The position numbers and the translations under genes are program-made. The notes under the pieces were generated by a model, which did not search any database, had not been told where the DNA came from, and saw nothing but the letters and a program-made list of their open reading frames with translations. From Desulfomonilia bacterium (GTDB lineage: Bacteria; Desulfobacterota; Desulfomonilia; UBA1062), in assembly GCA_050014195.1 (NCBI GenBank), contig JBEKDT010000006.1, forward strand, positions 1 to 64,000: 64,000 bases of DNA, written 5' to 3'. Positions 47,882 through 58,000 of the stretch are shown in pieces. The stretch's first letter is position 1; every line of letters starts with the position of its first letter.

Positions 47882-50441
47882 TAACAACCTCACCCCCATG
47901 ATGCAGCAGTACCTGGAGATCAAAAGGGACTGCAAAGACACCATATTATTCTACCGCATGGGGGACTTCTACGAGATGTTCTATGATGATGCCCTCAAGG
48001 CATCCAAGCTCCTGGGCCTCGCCCTGACCACCAGGGACAAGAGCAAGGAAAACCCGGTGCCTATGTGCGGTGTGCCGTACCACAGCGCTTCATCCTACAT
48101 CACCCGTCTTATCCGTTTAGGCCACAAGGTGGCCATCTGCGAGCAGGCTGAACCTTTGCCCGGCACCAAAGGACTGGTGCACCGGGAGGTTGTGCGTATC
48201 ATAACACCGGGGCTCATCGTAGAGGACGACCACCTGAACAGAGATAAGGCCAACTACCTCATGGCCGTGAGTACGGATGCCGGGAATGATGCCTTTGGTG
48301 TTGCATTCATCGATATATCCACAGGCGATTTCAGGGTCACGGAGGTCTCTTCCTCGAAGGATCTTGAAGCCGAGATCTTTCGAGTCGGTCCGAGCGAGAT
48401 CCTCACTTCGGGTGATGGCAGCATCCCTGAAGGATTTCTTGTGACAACCTCTGACCAGCCCATCTCATTAGAGCATGCAAGACAGCTCCTTGCCGGCCAC
48501 TTCGGCACGATAACCATGGATGGATTCGGCCTGAAAGATGCTTCTTTAGCCCTTATGGCCTCCGGCATGGTGCTGGAGTATGTGAAACAGACCCATAAGG
48601 CCGTGTTGCCTAATGTTACATCACTCACGTTCTACAACCCCGGCCGCTTCATGATGCTCGGCCCCACGACAAAACGCAACCTGGAGTTGTTTGAGGCCAT
48701 CTCGGGCCTTAAGGAGCACACCCTCTTTGCATTGCTTAATCACACCGGTACCTCTATGGGTGCGCGTATGCTCGCTGACTGGATCTCTTTTCCCCTGATG
48801 GATGTATCTGATATCAATAAGAGGCTTGAGGCCGAGGAGGCGCTTGTCTCCCAGGAGCGAACACTGGGTGCAATGCGTGAGGTGCTTAAGGACATCCCGG
48901 ACATGGAGCGGATCATCGGCCGCATCTCAGCCGGTTCTGCAAGCCCGCGTGATATGAGGGCGCTCTGTGATGGCATTGAGCAGGTCCCTCTGATCAAAGG
49001 ACTGCTCGATGGGTTTGAAGTATCTTTACTTGGGGAGGTCAGGGAAGGGCTCAATCCTTCAGAGGAGCTTAAGGAGAGGATTGCACGGACCCTCGTGGAG
49101 TCACCGCCCCTTCGCCTGATTGATGGCAATGTGATCGCCCAAGGCGTGGATGCCGAGCTGGATGAGCTCAGGGCACTGCGGAAGGACTCCAGGCAGTGGA
49201 TCGCCTCATTGGAGGCCAAGGAGCGGGAGTCCACAGGCATCAACACGCTCAAGATCGGCTATAACAGGGTGTTCGGCTACTACATCGAGCTTACCAAGAT
49301 CAATGCCGCGAAAGCCCCTGATTACTACATCCGTAAGCAGACGCTTGTAAACGCCGAGCGGTACATCACCCCTGAGCTCAAGGAGTATGAGGCAAGGCTG
49401 TTGGGTGCACAGGATGCCATCGCCGCTCTCGAGCAGCGCATCTTCAAAGAGCTCAGGGAGTTTGTCCTTCCCTTCATACCCTCGCTGCAGACCACGGTGC
49501 GGGCAATGGCCTGTCTGGATGTTTTGAACTGCCTTGCATGGGTAGCTGTCCGGAATGGGTATGTGAGGCCGGTGACCAGTTACGACCGGCGCATAGAAAT
49601 TACCTTGGGCAGGCACCCGGTGGTGGAAAAGGTTCTCAAGTCCGGCGAGTTTGTGCCCAATGATTGTTCATTTGACCCGGAGCGGGACACCATCCACATC
49701 ATCACGGGGCCCAACATGGCAGGCAAGTCCACGTATATGCGCCAGGTGGCGCTTATCTGCCTTATGGCCCAGATGGGCTCGTTCGTACCGGCAAAGAAGG
49801 CCTCAATCGGTGTTGTAGACAGGATATTCACCCGCATCGGTGCGCTGGACAACCTCTCCGCAGGCCAGAGCACTTTTCTTGTGGAGATGAGCGAGACGGC
49901 AGACATCCTTAACAATGCCACCTCACAGAGCCTGGTGATCTTGGATGAGATCGGCAGGGGCACCTCCACCTATGACGGTATGTCGCTTGCCTGGGCCGTT
50001 GCGGAATATTTGGATGAGCACAGGGTCAGGACATTCTTTGCCACTCATTACCACGAGCTCGCCGACCTGTCCCGCAGGCACAAGGGAATCAAAAACTATC
50101 ACTTAAGTATTGAAGAAAGCGGCAATGAGGTGGTATTCCTCAGGGTCCTTAAACGTGGGGCTATCGGCAGGAGCTACGGCATCTATGTGGCCCGACTCGC
50201 CGGGGTTCCTGATGAGGTAGTGGAGAAAGCCCGGCTGATTCTTGCCGCTGTAAGCTCCAAGTCCAAGGCATTGCCTTCTGAACACCACACCGCACCTGTT
50301 CAGGCAAGCCTCTTTGAAGACAGGAATACCGATATCATCAATGAGATTTTGAAGACCGACCCCAATACCCTCACCCCCCTTCAGGCCCTGAATTTTCTTC
50401 AATACCTGAAGGAAAAAATTACAAAAGACGATTACCATTAA
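47871..50441 (+). CDS. mutS: DNA mismatch repair protein MutS
   Basis: TPMMQQY, RMGDFYE, TGPNMAGKST, STFLVEM, DEIGRGTST, ATHYHEL, SYG. Confidence 0.98.
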   Translation: MKSDNNLTPMMQQYLEIKRDCKDTILFYRMGDFYEMFYDDALKASKLLGLALTTRDKSKENPVPMCGVPYHSASSYITRLIRLGHKVAICEQAEPLPGTKGLVHREVVRIITPGLIVEDDHLNRDKANYLMAVSTDAGNDAFGVAFIDISTGDFRVTEVSSSKDLEAEIFRVGPSEILTSGDGSIPEGFLVTTSDQPISLEHARQLLAGHFGTITMDGFGLKDASLALMASGMVLEYVKQTHKAVLPNVTSLTFYNPGRFMMLGPTTKRNLELFEAISGLKEHTLFALLNHTGTSMGARMLADWISFPLMDVSDINKRLEAEEALVSQERTLGAMREVLKDIPDMERIIGRISAGSASPRDMRALCDGIEQVPLIKGLLDGFEVSLLGEVREGLNPSEELKERIARTLVESPPLRLIDGNVIAQGVDAELDELRALRKDSRQWIASLEAKERESTGINTLKIGYNRVFGYYIELTKINAAKAPDYYIRKQTLVNAERYITPELKEYEARLLGAQDAIAALEQRIFKELREFVLPFIPSLQTTVRAMACLDVLNCLAWVAVRNGYVRPVTSYDRRIEITLGRHPVVEKVLKSGEFVPNDCSFDPERDTIHIITGPNMAGKSTYMRQVALICLMAQMGSFVPAKKASIGVVDRIFTRIGALDNLSAGQSTFLVEMSETADILNNATSQSLVILDEIGRGTSTYDGMSLAWAVAEYLDEHRVRTFFATHYHELADLSRRHKGIKNYHLSIEESGNEVVFLRVLKRGAIGRSYGIYVARLAGVPDEVVEKARLILAAVSSKSKALPSEHHTAPVQASLFEDRNTDIINEILKTDPNTLTPLQALNFLQYLKEKITKDDYH

Positions 50442-50466
50442 AGCTTTCCGGGTTTTTTTCCGAAAA
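50439..50466 (+). promoter_or_regulatory. Possible sigma28 (FliA) promoter
   Basis: TAAA-N16-TCCGAAAA (consensus TAAA-N15/16-GCCGATAA), 20 nt before the FlhG-like gene. Confidence 0.45.
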
Positions 50467-50486
50467 CAATTAGGAAAGAGGCCCGT

Positions 50487-51701
50487 ATGATGAAAGATAC
50501 CGATATCAGGACGTTAGCACGCAAAAGTGGTATGCCGTACATCGATATATCCCGTGAGGCGCCCGATCCCAGGTGTATCAGGCTACTGAAACAGGTTTTT
50601 GCCAAGGATTACAATAGCCTGCCCATACGTTTTTTGGGAGATGGTGTCCTGGTTGCCATTGCAGACCCTGATCAGAAAGACCTCATCGGGACCTTAAGCA
50701 CCCATATGGGCAGAAAGGTCTATCCTGCGCTTGCGGAAGTGGAAGCCATCAAGAAGGCTATAGACGCGTACTATCCGAACGGGAAAGACACGGGAGATTC
50801 CCAAGGCAAGGAAGCCGCCCGCACGAGCCGGACCATATCCATCATCTCGAATAAGGGTGGCGTTGGTAAGACCCATGTTGCAATGAACATGGCTAAGGTT
50901 TTAAGCGGCTTCAAAAAGAAGGTGCTGCTCATTGATGCAGACCTCGGCAATGCCGACATATCCAACAAGCTGGCCTTATTCCCCGAATATACCCTCTATG
51001 ATTTTTTGCTCGGCGATGTGGATCTGGAGAGCATGATTGAGAAGACCCCCCTTGGGTTTGATCTTATTGCAGGGAGTTCCGGGGAGTTCAAACTGGCCAA
51101 CATCAACTACATCCAGCGATCCAAGTTCATCAAGAACTTCAGAAGGGTAAGTGAGGGATACGATTTCACCATCTTCGATTTAAGTGCCGGTATCACCACC
51201 ACTGTACTCGATTTTGCACTGGCGTCCGATGAGGTGATCATCATCACGACACCGCAGGATATTATTGCCGGTTATGCTTGCATCAAGGCTTCGTTCCAGC
51301 AATTCAAGGCCATTGAAGAGAAGCTTATGGAGAAGGTGGAATTTTATAAGCCCCGCAAGGTCTACGCCCCATGGGTAGTCATGAACCAGGTGGCTAACCT
51401 CAACCAGGGTATCTTTATCTTCAACAGGATATGCCAGACCGCGGATGAGAGGATCAACAATCTGGAGACACTCTTTTCCGTTAAGCCCGAGTATCTTGGC
51501 GGGGTTCTCTATGACAAGGAAGCTATCCGTGCTGCAGAGGCACAGAGAAAGCCGTTCACGGTTGTCAACCCCAAGAGCAGGACCTCCCAGTGCCTGGAAT
51601 ACCTCGGCAGGGTTGTCATTGATCCGCCCGAATTAAGAACCTACAACCAGGAGCTCAAGAGCGGGTTAGGCCGTTTTGCCATGATATTCGGCATGGGCTG
51701 A
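50487..51701 (+). CDS. FlhG/FleN (MinD-like) ATPase fused to an N-terminal T2SSE_N (GspE/PilB-N)-like domain
   Basis: N-terminus MPYID..LPI..VAIADP..AID.YY; deviant Walker A SNKGGVGKT, IDADLG, FDLSAG, VMNQ. Confidence 0.82.
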   Translation: MMKDTDIRTLARKSGMPYIDISREAPDPRCIRLLKQVFAKDYNSLPIRFLGDGVLVAIADPDQKDLIGTLSTHMGRKVYPALAEVEAIKKAIDAYYPNGKDTGDSQGKEAARTSRTISIISNKGGVGKTHVAMNMAKVLSGFKKKVLLIDADLGNADISNKLALFPEYTLYDFLLGDVDLESMIEKTPLGFDLIAGSSGEFKLANINYIQRSKFIKNFRRVSEGYDFTIFDLSAGITTTVLDFALASDEVIIITTPQDIIAGYACIKASFQQFKAIEEKLMEKVEFYKPRKVYAPWVVMNQVANLNQGIFIFNRICQTADERINNLETLFSVKPEYLGGVLYDKEAIRAAEAQRKPFTVVNPKSRTSQCLEYLGRVVIDPPELRTYNQELKSGLGRFAMIFGMG

Positions 51702-51773
51702 TGTAACCCCCTTAAGGGAATATCATTTTTACCGATAAGTAACTGTAGGAAGGATGAAGAAGGGAATCTTCAT

Positions 51774-51962
51774 ATGAGAATGGAAGAGTACAAGGAAAGA
51801 CTCGTGGATAAGTGGGAAGAAGTGAGACCCGTAGTGATCTATTTTGCGGGTGAAAGATTCGTTGTGGAGTATGATGAGCATCACAATCCGCTCCTTTCCC
51901 CGACTGTTGCCATGGTTCACTCCTATCTGGGCAACATGGACCTTACCAAGACGGATAATTAA
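51774..51962 (+). CDS. Small hypothetical protein
   Basis: 62 aa, purine-rich SD region, fills the intergenic gap. Confidence 0.5.
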   Translation: MRMEEYKERLVDKWEEVRPVVIYFAGERFVVEYDEHHNPLLSPTVAMVHSYLGNMDLTKTDN

Positions 51963-52078
51963 TCCTTAAGAAATCAGCCTGGTATAATGCCGGGCCTTCT
52001 TATATTACCCGGTTTTTATAAATTTTTGTAATACCGTCCTTGCTATATTGACCGCTCTCAATTATTTTAATTTTCTAT

Positions 52079-52756
52079 ATGAGAGATCTTTCCCCCGGAG
52101 AAAACAAGACGGTCCTCGTCATCGACGACGATGAGGGCGACTGTTACCTTGTTGAAGATATCTTAAGCGAAGACGGCATAAAGGTTGATATAGCCACAGG
52201 GGGCGAGATGGGCATCAGGTCCCTTTCCGAGAGGGAGTACCCCATCGTGATAACCGATTTACGGATGCCCGATATCGATGGAATGGCAATCATTGATTTC
52301 ATTCGCAAGCGCCGTATGAACACACTCATTGTAGTCATTACAGGTTATGCCACCATTGACAGTGTTATCGAAGCGCTCCGTTCCGGTGCATACGATTACA
52401 TCATAAAGCCATTCAGCGCAGAACTGCTCAGGTTTACTCTCAAGCGTGCATTTGACTACATCACCATACGGGATGAACAGGACAGGCTCAAATATTTCGA
52501 GATGGTTACCCAGCTTGCAACTACAACCGCCCATGAGGTCTTCCAGCCGTTAACGGTGCTCATGGGCGAGGCAAGTGCCATATCCAAAGGCACCGAAGGC
52601 TCAAAGGCCAAAGAAATCGCAAACCAGATCCTGACCGAGGCCAGGAAGATCCGAGATATCATCAGGAAGATGGAGAACCTCCATGATTATGTGATTAAAT
52701 CATTCCCCGGGGGGCATACCATCCTGGATATTGAAAAGGGGGGCGGCGGCAAATGA
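52079..52756 (+). CDS. Response regulator with C-terminal HisKA-like segment, no ATPase domain
   Basis: VIDDD, TDLRMP, TGY, KP; AHEVFQPL H-box, then ends. Confidence 0.85.
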   Translation: MRDLSPGENKTVLVIDDDEGDCYLVEDILSEDGIKVDIATGGEMGIRSLSEREYPIVITDLRMPDIDGMAIIDFIRKRRMNTLIVVITGYATIDSVIEALRSGAYDYIIKPFSAELLRFTLKRAFDYITIRDEQDRLKYFEMVTQLATTTAHEVFQPLTVLMGEASAISKGTEGSKAKEIANQILTEARKIRDIIRKMENLHDYVIKSFPGGHTILDIEKGGGGK

Positions 52757-52850
52757 GGACAACATTTTAAGCTTATGCAGCTCTTAGGGCTTTGCGAATC
52801 TCTTTGCACCTCCTGATAAAATTCGCTATGGTCTTTATATTGCGTTTATA

Positions 52851-53984
52851 ATGCATATGATGAAGGTGATCCTTCCCATTTTTTTTGCTGCATGCACCGT
52901 ACCTCTGGTATGCAGCGGTTCCACGAGGTCCGTGCCTTCCCGGCCTGAAGTGGAAACCCTGCACGTCAGCTTTAATGATGAAACCATTAAGGGCTTCTTT
53001 GTGTTCATTGATGCCCGGTCTCAAGAAGAAAAGGCAGCTGATAAAGAGCGGGGCCATCCCGCAGGGCCGGTCATCGTATTCTTCCAGGGTCATGCCCAGC
53101 GGCCGGATGATGCCTATGAATTCACCAGCAGACTTGCCCTCATGAGCAGATCCGGCATGGTGATCATACCCGTCTGCGACACCCCTTATGGCGCCGACCC
53201 TTCATTTCACGGCGATAGAGGCAAGGATGTCATCCTCATGGAAATGGTAAGCTTCGTACTCGCACGTGAAGGCATCACCGTGAGAGGGTTTGCACCGCGT
53301 AACGACATCCAGGTGGTCATCTGCGGCATGACAAAAACCCCTGGGCAGGAAATCTTGGACACAGAGCTTATATCGATCGGGTGGTCTCACGGCGGCATCC
53401 TGGCCCGCCGCTTCTCCCATGCCTATCAGACATCTGTGTGCTCAATGGGACAGGTCTGTCCCGCGGGCTACGAGCACTGGGGACCCTGGGGTATCACAGG
53501 AAGGTTTGCTGGCGAGAGTCTGAGGATTGCGACAAAGATGGGCAACGGCCATGCAGGGCAAACCCTCCGGTCGGCCTGGGGATTTACCAAGGGCTTTGCC
53601 GGAGACTTCTTCAGGTCCATCCCTGCTGCCATGGTTGATCTTGATCCCAAAAAGCTCTTGCGCATTTTTAAGGATATCCGCGACTGCAGCCGATATTGCG
53701 ACAGCAGCTCATTTACGGCACGTAATCTTGAGCATGTCGCAGTGATTTTCGGTCACGATGATTCCTGTATGGACCCCCGGCGACAGCTCGGCATTAAAGA
53801 TCCGGACAATATTACCCCGGAGGATATCCTGCGATTTAAATCAACTTTCTATTCCGATATGGAGGGTTCTCCTGGTTGCCTCACTTTACGGGTGCTTCCC
53901 GGTACGCACCTTGCTCCGGTCATCTACAGTGACCTTTATGTCAAAACTATCCTGGCCGATCTCGACGAAATGGCGGGGAACTGA
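52851..53984 (+). CDS. Secreted alpha/beta-hydrolase-fold protein
   Basis: Signal-like N-terminus, FFQG, nucleophile elbow GWSHG, downstream D and H (GTHLAP). Confidence 0.7.
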   Translation: MHMMKVILPIFFAACTVPLVCSGSTRSVPSRPEVETLHVSFNDETIKGFFVFIDARSQEEKAADKERGHPAGPVIVFFQGHAQRPDDAYEFTSRLALMSRSGMVIIPVCDTPYGADPSFHGDRGKDVILMEMVSFVLAREGITVRGFAPRNDIQVVICGMTKTPGQEILDTELISIGWSHGGILARRFSHAYQTSVCSMGQVCPAGYEHWGPWGITGRFAGESLRIATKMGNGHAGQTLRSAWGFTKGFAGDFFRSIPAAMVDLDPKKLLRIFKDIRDCSRYCDSSSFTARNLEHVAVIFGHDDSCMDPRRQLGIKDPDNITPEDILRFKSTFYSDMEGSPGCLTLRVLPGTHLAPVIYSDLYVKTILADLDEMAGN

Positions 53985-54004
53985 AGAGGCTCAAGAACCT
54001 TCCC

Positions 54005-54508
54005 GTGGTACAACCCCAAAAAATCCTCGTACCTATCGTATCCATTACTCTTATTCTTATGCTTGGCATCTACCACGCCCTTGGAGTCGGCAAAGTCCAT
54101 CTTGTGGTGCATGTCTTTGACGGTGATACGATCTTGTTGGATGATAGCAGGAAGATCCGGCTCATTGGTGTGGATGCCCCGGAGGTCCAGTCTCCCTATC
54201 ATGATCTGGAACCTTTTGGAGAGGATAGCAAGACATACCTCACTTCGCTGTTGGGCAACAAGAAGGTGAGTCTCACCATAGGCGACCCGGCGAAGGACAA
54301 GTATGGCAGAACCCTTGCCTATGTGTACTCCGGAGATGTTCTGGTGAACGGCCGCATCATCAGGGAAGGATGGGCGAGGGCCTACCGGAGATTTTACCAC
54401 CCCTGGAGGGATCTGTTCATTGCCTATGAACGGGAGGCAAGGTCCAGAGGGCTGGGGATGTGGAGGGATGAGAGGAAGAGTGATCAGGACAAAGTGAATA
54501 GTGACTAG
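54005..54508 (+). CDS. Thermonuclease (SNase) family protein
   Basis: DGDTI, RLIGVDAPE, DKYGRTLAYV, E.EAR...GMW. Confidence 0.92.
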   Translation: MVQPQKILVPIVSITLILMLGIYHALGVGKVHLVVHVFDGDTILLDDSRKIRLIGVDAPEVQSPYHDLEPFGEDSKTYLTSLLGNKKVSLTIGDPAKDKYGRTLAYVYSGDVLVNGRIIREGWARAYRRFYHPWRDLFIAYEREARSRGLGMWRDERKSDQDKVNSD

Positions 54509-54547
54509 TGACTTGTACCAAGTTGCATGAAAGGCTATTATTGCAGG

Positions 54548-54583
54548 GTCATTGCGAGGAGCCGAAGGCGACGTGGCAATCTC
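54548..54583 (+). repeat. Short palindromic repeat of the GTCATTGCGAG..GCAATC type
   Basis: GTCATTGCGAGGAGCCGAAGGCGACGTGGCAATCTC with ATTGC/GCAAT and GCC-GAA-GGC stems, between convergent genes. Confidence 0.7.
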
Positions 54584-54647
54584 ATTCAAAAAAGAAGTCA
54601 GATAAATAAAGGTTGAAGCGGTGTTTCGCTGACCCGTCTCCCTATCC

Positions 54648-54941
54648 TCATGCGTACCGATTCCTAAGCCTTGCTGCCACCCAGAGCAGGATCAGGCCCA
54701 ATGCAATGAGCACGGCAGACAACGGACATTGTTGCAAGGCATTCATGAGTGCAGGGTATGCGGCCACAGTCTCACCAATAGATCCTGGTCCTCGGTCCAT
54801 TATGGTAAAGAGCGGATAGGAGTTCCACACATCATTCTTGAGGAACATGATACCTTGGTAGAGAATTATGGCGAATCCACCCACAACAGAGGCTATGCCT
54901 CCGAAAAAAAACAGCTTCTCCACACCCCCTCCTTTTATCAT
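54648..54941 (-). CDS. Small two-TM membrane protein
   Basis: Two hydrophobic segments; AAGGAGG SD suggests a start at the internal GTG. Confidence 0.65.
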   Translation of the reverse strand: MIKGGGVEKLFFFGGIASVVGGFAIILYQGIMFLKNDVWNSYPLFTIMDRGPGSIGETVAAYPALMNALQQCPLSAVLIALGLILLWVAARLRNRYA

Positions 54942-55094
54942 TATCAGTCTGTACGTATGGTACTCAGAAATTATCTAGATTATATCGACAAGGGCATCAT
55001 GAAACAAGAATTACTTATTATGAAATCCTTGCAATATTTCTCCTCTTCAACTATTTTGCCCTGCAATATGCCAATGCATATGAAGGAGATCTGA

Positions 55095-57008
55095 ATGCTT
55101 ACTTATTTTCGCAAACATTCAAAGGGCTGGCTTGCCTACACTGCCTTCGGAGCCATCATTGTTGTGTTCGTTCTTTGGGGAGGCAGCTCCTATCTGACCC
55201 GCGAGGCGCATATGATTGCCAAGATTGACCGGCATATCATATCAATTGAGCAGTTTTCAAAGGCATATTCCGATCAATTGAAAATATACCAGGAGCGTTT
55301 CGGCGATGCCCTCACTCCGGAGATGCTCAAGAAACTCAACCTCAAGCATACCGTGCTGGACCAGATCATCGATGACGATATCATCGAGGCCGATGCCAAG
55401 GATATGGACATCAAGGTTACCGATTCTGATCTTCAGCAGGCCATCAGCCAATTCCCTGCATTTAACAAGGAAGGAAGGTTCGATGAGAATCTCTATAGGA
55501 GGTATCTTGATTACGAACGTCTTTCCCCTGCTGATTTCGAGGAGAAGATGAGAAAGAATTTTTTGAAGCAGCTCTTCATAAGTATGCTCAGCGAAAACGT
55601 CATCGTGTCCAGGCAAGAAGTTTTTGCCTCATACCATTATATGAATGACACATATGATTTGTCCTACATTCCCGTCGACTCTGCATCCTTTGCCAAGGAT
55701 GTTCAGATAAGCCAAGATCAGATCCGGTCGTACTATGATACCAACAAGGACCGCTACAAACTCCCACCCAGAATCACCCTGGAGGCCATCGAGTACCCGT
55801 CTGCAAATTATCTGGCAACCATTCAGGTGACTAAAAATGAAGCACAGGATTATTATGCAAGCCACAAGTCCGACTTCAGCGAACCTGCCAAGATTCATGC
55901 ACGTCATATCCTCTTTAAGATTCCCGAAGGTGCTGATGCCAATGTGCTTGCCCAAAAAGAACAGCTGATAAAGAAGGTCTTGGAAGAGGCGAAGGCAGGC
56001 AAAGATTTTGCTGCGCTGGCCGCACAGTATTCCGAGGATGATCAAACCTCCAAGAAAGGTGGAGACATGGGAACGCTGCCGCGTGAAGGGTATCCTCAGG
56101 GTGTTGGTGATGTGCTCGAATCGATGAAGCCTGGTGAGGTGAAAGGGCCGTTTAGGTCGCCCTTGGGTATTCATATCCTGAAGCTTGAGAGTAAGGAAGA
56201 GGCAAAGGCCATCCCCCTCGAAAAGGTTGAGGCCACGGTGAGGGATACTTTACGGCTTGAGCGGGCGAAGCAGGCCGCCCATGACGAGGCTGAAAAGGCA
56301 TTCATGCAGCTTTATGAGCAGTCCAAGCCCGACATCGAGGCATATGCCAAGGCAAAAGGACTTTCAGTCAAGCAGATCGGTCCGTTCTATGAGGGTCAGG
56401 ATGCCGGGATCTCTATGAGCCCTGATACTCTGAAGAAGGCATTTACCTTCCAGGTCGGAGAACTTGGGGAGGTTGCAAGCACACCTGTCGGATACCTTTT
56501 CTACATAGTCACCAAGAAGGAAGCCTCACGCATACCTGACCTGAAGGAAGTTTCGGCCAGGGTCGCAGCCGACCTAAAGGCACAGACTGCCGTCGCAAAG
56601 GCAAAGGAGTATGCTAAGAAGCTTGCAGCTTCCTCGCCCGAGCAGTTGAACGCCCAGAATCCTTTGAGCACTGGTGATTTCACTCACGCAACATCTGCCA
56701 TACCGAAACTCTCCATGATACCCAAGCTTATGGATGACGTGGATTCGTTAAGAACTCCCAAGGTCTTTGAGAGCAAGGGCACTTCGTATGTAGTATGGAT
56801 AAAGTCAAGGAAGACGGCTGACATCAAGGCCCTGGATAAGAAGCAGTATGATGCGATCATAAAGCAGCTCCTTGCCAGGAAACGCGAAATGGCCCTAGAA
56901 TCCTATATCGAGCAGGCCAAGAAGCGTCACAAGATCGTTATGAATGAAGAGAAGTTGAACGAAGGCGGCGCGGCCGGTAAGGGTACGCCTTCTCCCTTGG
57001 ATTATTGA
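55095..57008 (+). CDS. ppiD: PpiD/SurA-like periplasmic chaperone-PPIase
   Basis: N-terminal TM anchor, SurA_N domain, ARHIL, DFAALA.QYSED, KGGDMG, GIHILK. Confidence 0.85.
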   Translation: MLTYFRKHSKGWLAYTAFGAIIVVFVLWGGSSYLTREAHMIAKIDRHIISIEQFSKAYSDQLKIYQERFGDALTPEMLKKLNLKHTVLDQIIDDDIIEADAKDMDIKVTDSDLQQAISQFPAFNKEGRFDENLYRRYLDYERLSPADFEEKMRKNFLKQLFISMLSENVIVSRQEVFASYHYMNDTYDLSYIPVDSASFAKDVQISQDQIRSYYDTNKDRYKLPPRITLEAIEYPSANYLATIQVTKNEAQDYYASHKSDFSEPAKIHARHILFKIPEGADANVLAQKEQLIKKVLEEAKAGKDFAALAAQYSEDDQTSKKGGDMGTLPREGYPQGVGDVLESMKPGEVKGPFRSPLGIHILKLESKEEAKAIPLEKVEATVRDTLRLERAKQAAHDEAEKAFMQLYEQSKPDIEAYAKAKGLSVKQIGPFYEGQDAGISMSPDTLKKAFTFQVGELGEVASTPVGYLFYIVTKKEASRIPDLKEVSARVAADLKAQTAVAKAKEYAKKLAASSPEQLNAQNPLSTGDFTHATSAIPKLSMIPKLMDDVDSLRTPKVFESKGTSYVVWIKSRKTADIKALDKKQYDAIIKQLLARKREMALESYIEQAKKRHKIVMNEEKLNEGGAAGKGTPSPLDY

Positions 57009-57138
57009 TTTAAGTGCGCTCAATAGATCTCGGATTTTTAAGTGAGCGTATCTTCGCTTAAGATTTCTCTGTACGTGCCTCTCTATGCAAGCACGTTGAA
57101 TTTGTTGATGCATAGACTAGATCTGAGGAGAATACTTA

Positions 57139-57399
57139 TTACTGTGTGCTGTATTGCCGGTAGAGGATCTCCCGGATGGCATTTTCCTCGCGGGGTGTAA
57201 CCTTGAGCCCGCGTGCCTTCATGCCATACAGAAGACGGTCCCATTCCTCTATGGGGCGCTTGTTCTGATAGACAAACGCTGATGGATGACACGTGGAACA
57301 CTTCCGTTCGATGATCTCGGGTTTGCCGCCGGTGCATCCCAAGAGAATAACAGAAACAATTATAAAGAGCCCGAGACGGACAAACAAAAGAAATCTCAT
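57139..57399 (-). CDS. Small monohaem c-type cytochrome lipoprotein
   Basis: Lipobox LLGC, CSTCH haem motif, distal Met candidate (W..L..GM). Confidence 0.75.
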   Translation of the reverse strand: MRFLLFVRLGLFIIVSVILLGCTGGKPEIIERKCSTCHPSAFVYQNKRPIEEWDRLLYGMKARGLKVTPREENAIREILYRQYSTQ

Positions 57400-57513
57400 G
57401 AACCCCCCTTGGATACAATGATGCTCTCCTTTACAAGACTGGACTGATTATGTTGGGCAGGCCCAGTTTGAATGATTCAGCGATCTGATCCGCTGCTGTC
57501 AGGCAGCGGATGA

Positions 57514-57798
57514 TCAGAGCTCTGCCATCAGATTGTCGAATACCTCAACAGATACTGCAGGTGCGGTTGTGAATGCTATGCCTGTGAGTTTGTGCAGGCC
57601 CACAGAGGCCTTCATGGCCTCCTCCATACCGGGCAGTTCCAGAATGAAGATAAGGTCTTTTTCACCCAGCATGGCGTACATGCCCACAACCTTACCCTTC
57701 TGTTTCTTGACCAGAGCCGATGCCTTCTTTGTTCTAGCTGTACTCACCCCTTTAAGGGCTTCTGCCGAATACTTGCCGAACAGAATAAATGTCGCCAT
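57514..57798 (-). CDS. GYD-domain protein
   Basis: MATFILFGKYS..G, LGEKD variant of GxYD, T.PA; SD GGAGG. Confidence 0.85.
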   Translation of the reverse strand: MATFILFGKYSAEALKGVSTARTKKASALVKKQKGKVVGMYAMLGEKDLIFILELPGMEEAMKASVGLHKLTGIAFTTAPAVSVEVFDNLMAEL

Positions 57799-58000
57799 CT
57801 TAACCTCCTATTACGTTGTTATCACGCATCCCTAAGCTCCTGAAGGAGGACATGATACATACACATGTTGATCAGGATTTGTGCATATCCGCCTTATGAT
57901 ACAGAAGACAGGTGATACATGCATATATACTAATCGTGGCGAAGATAATGGCAATACATCAACCATCAGCTTTTAGATAAAAAATTCCGATAAATACCCC

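Noticed and set aside
57484-57518. Hairpin ATCCGCTGC/GCAGCGGAT after the GYD gene as an intrinsic terminator
   Set aside because: The stem is real but there is no U-tract on either strand; function not supportable.
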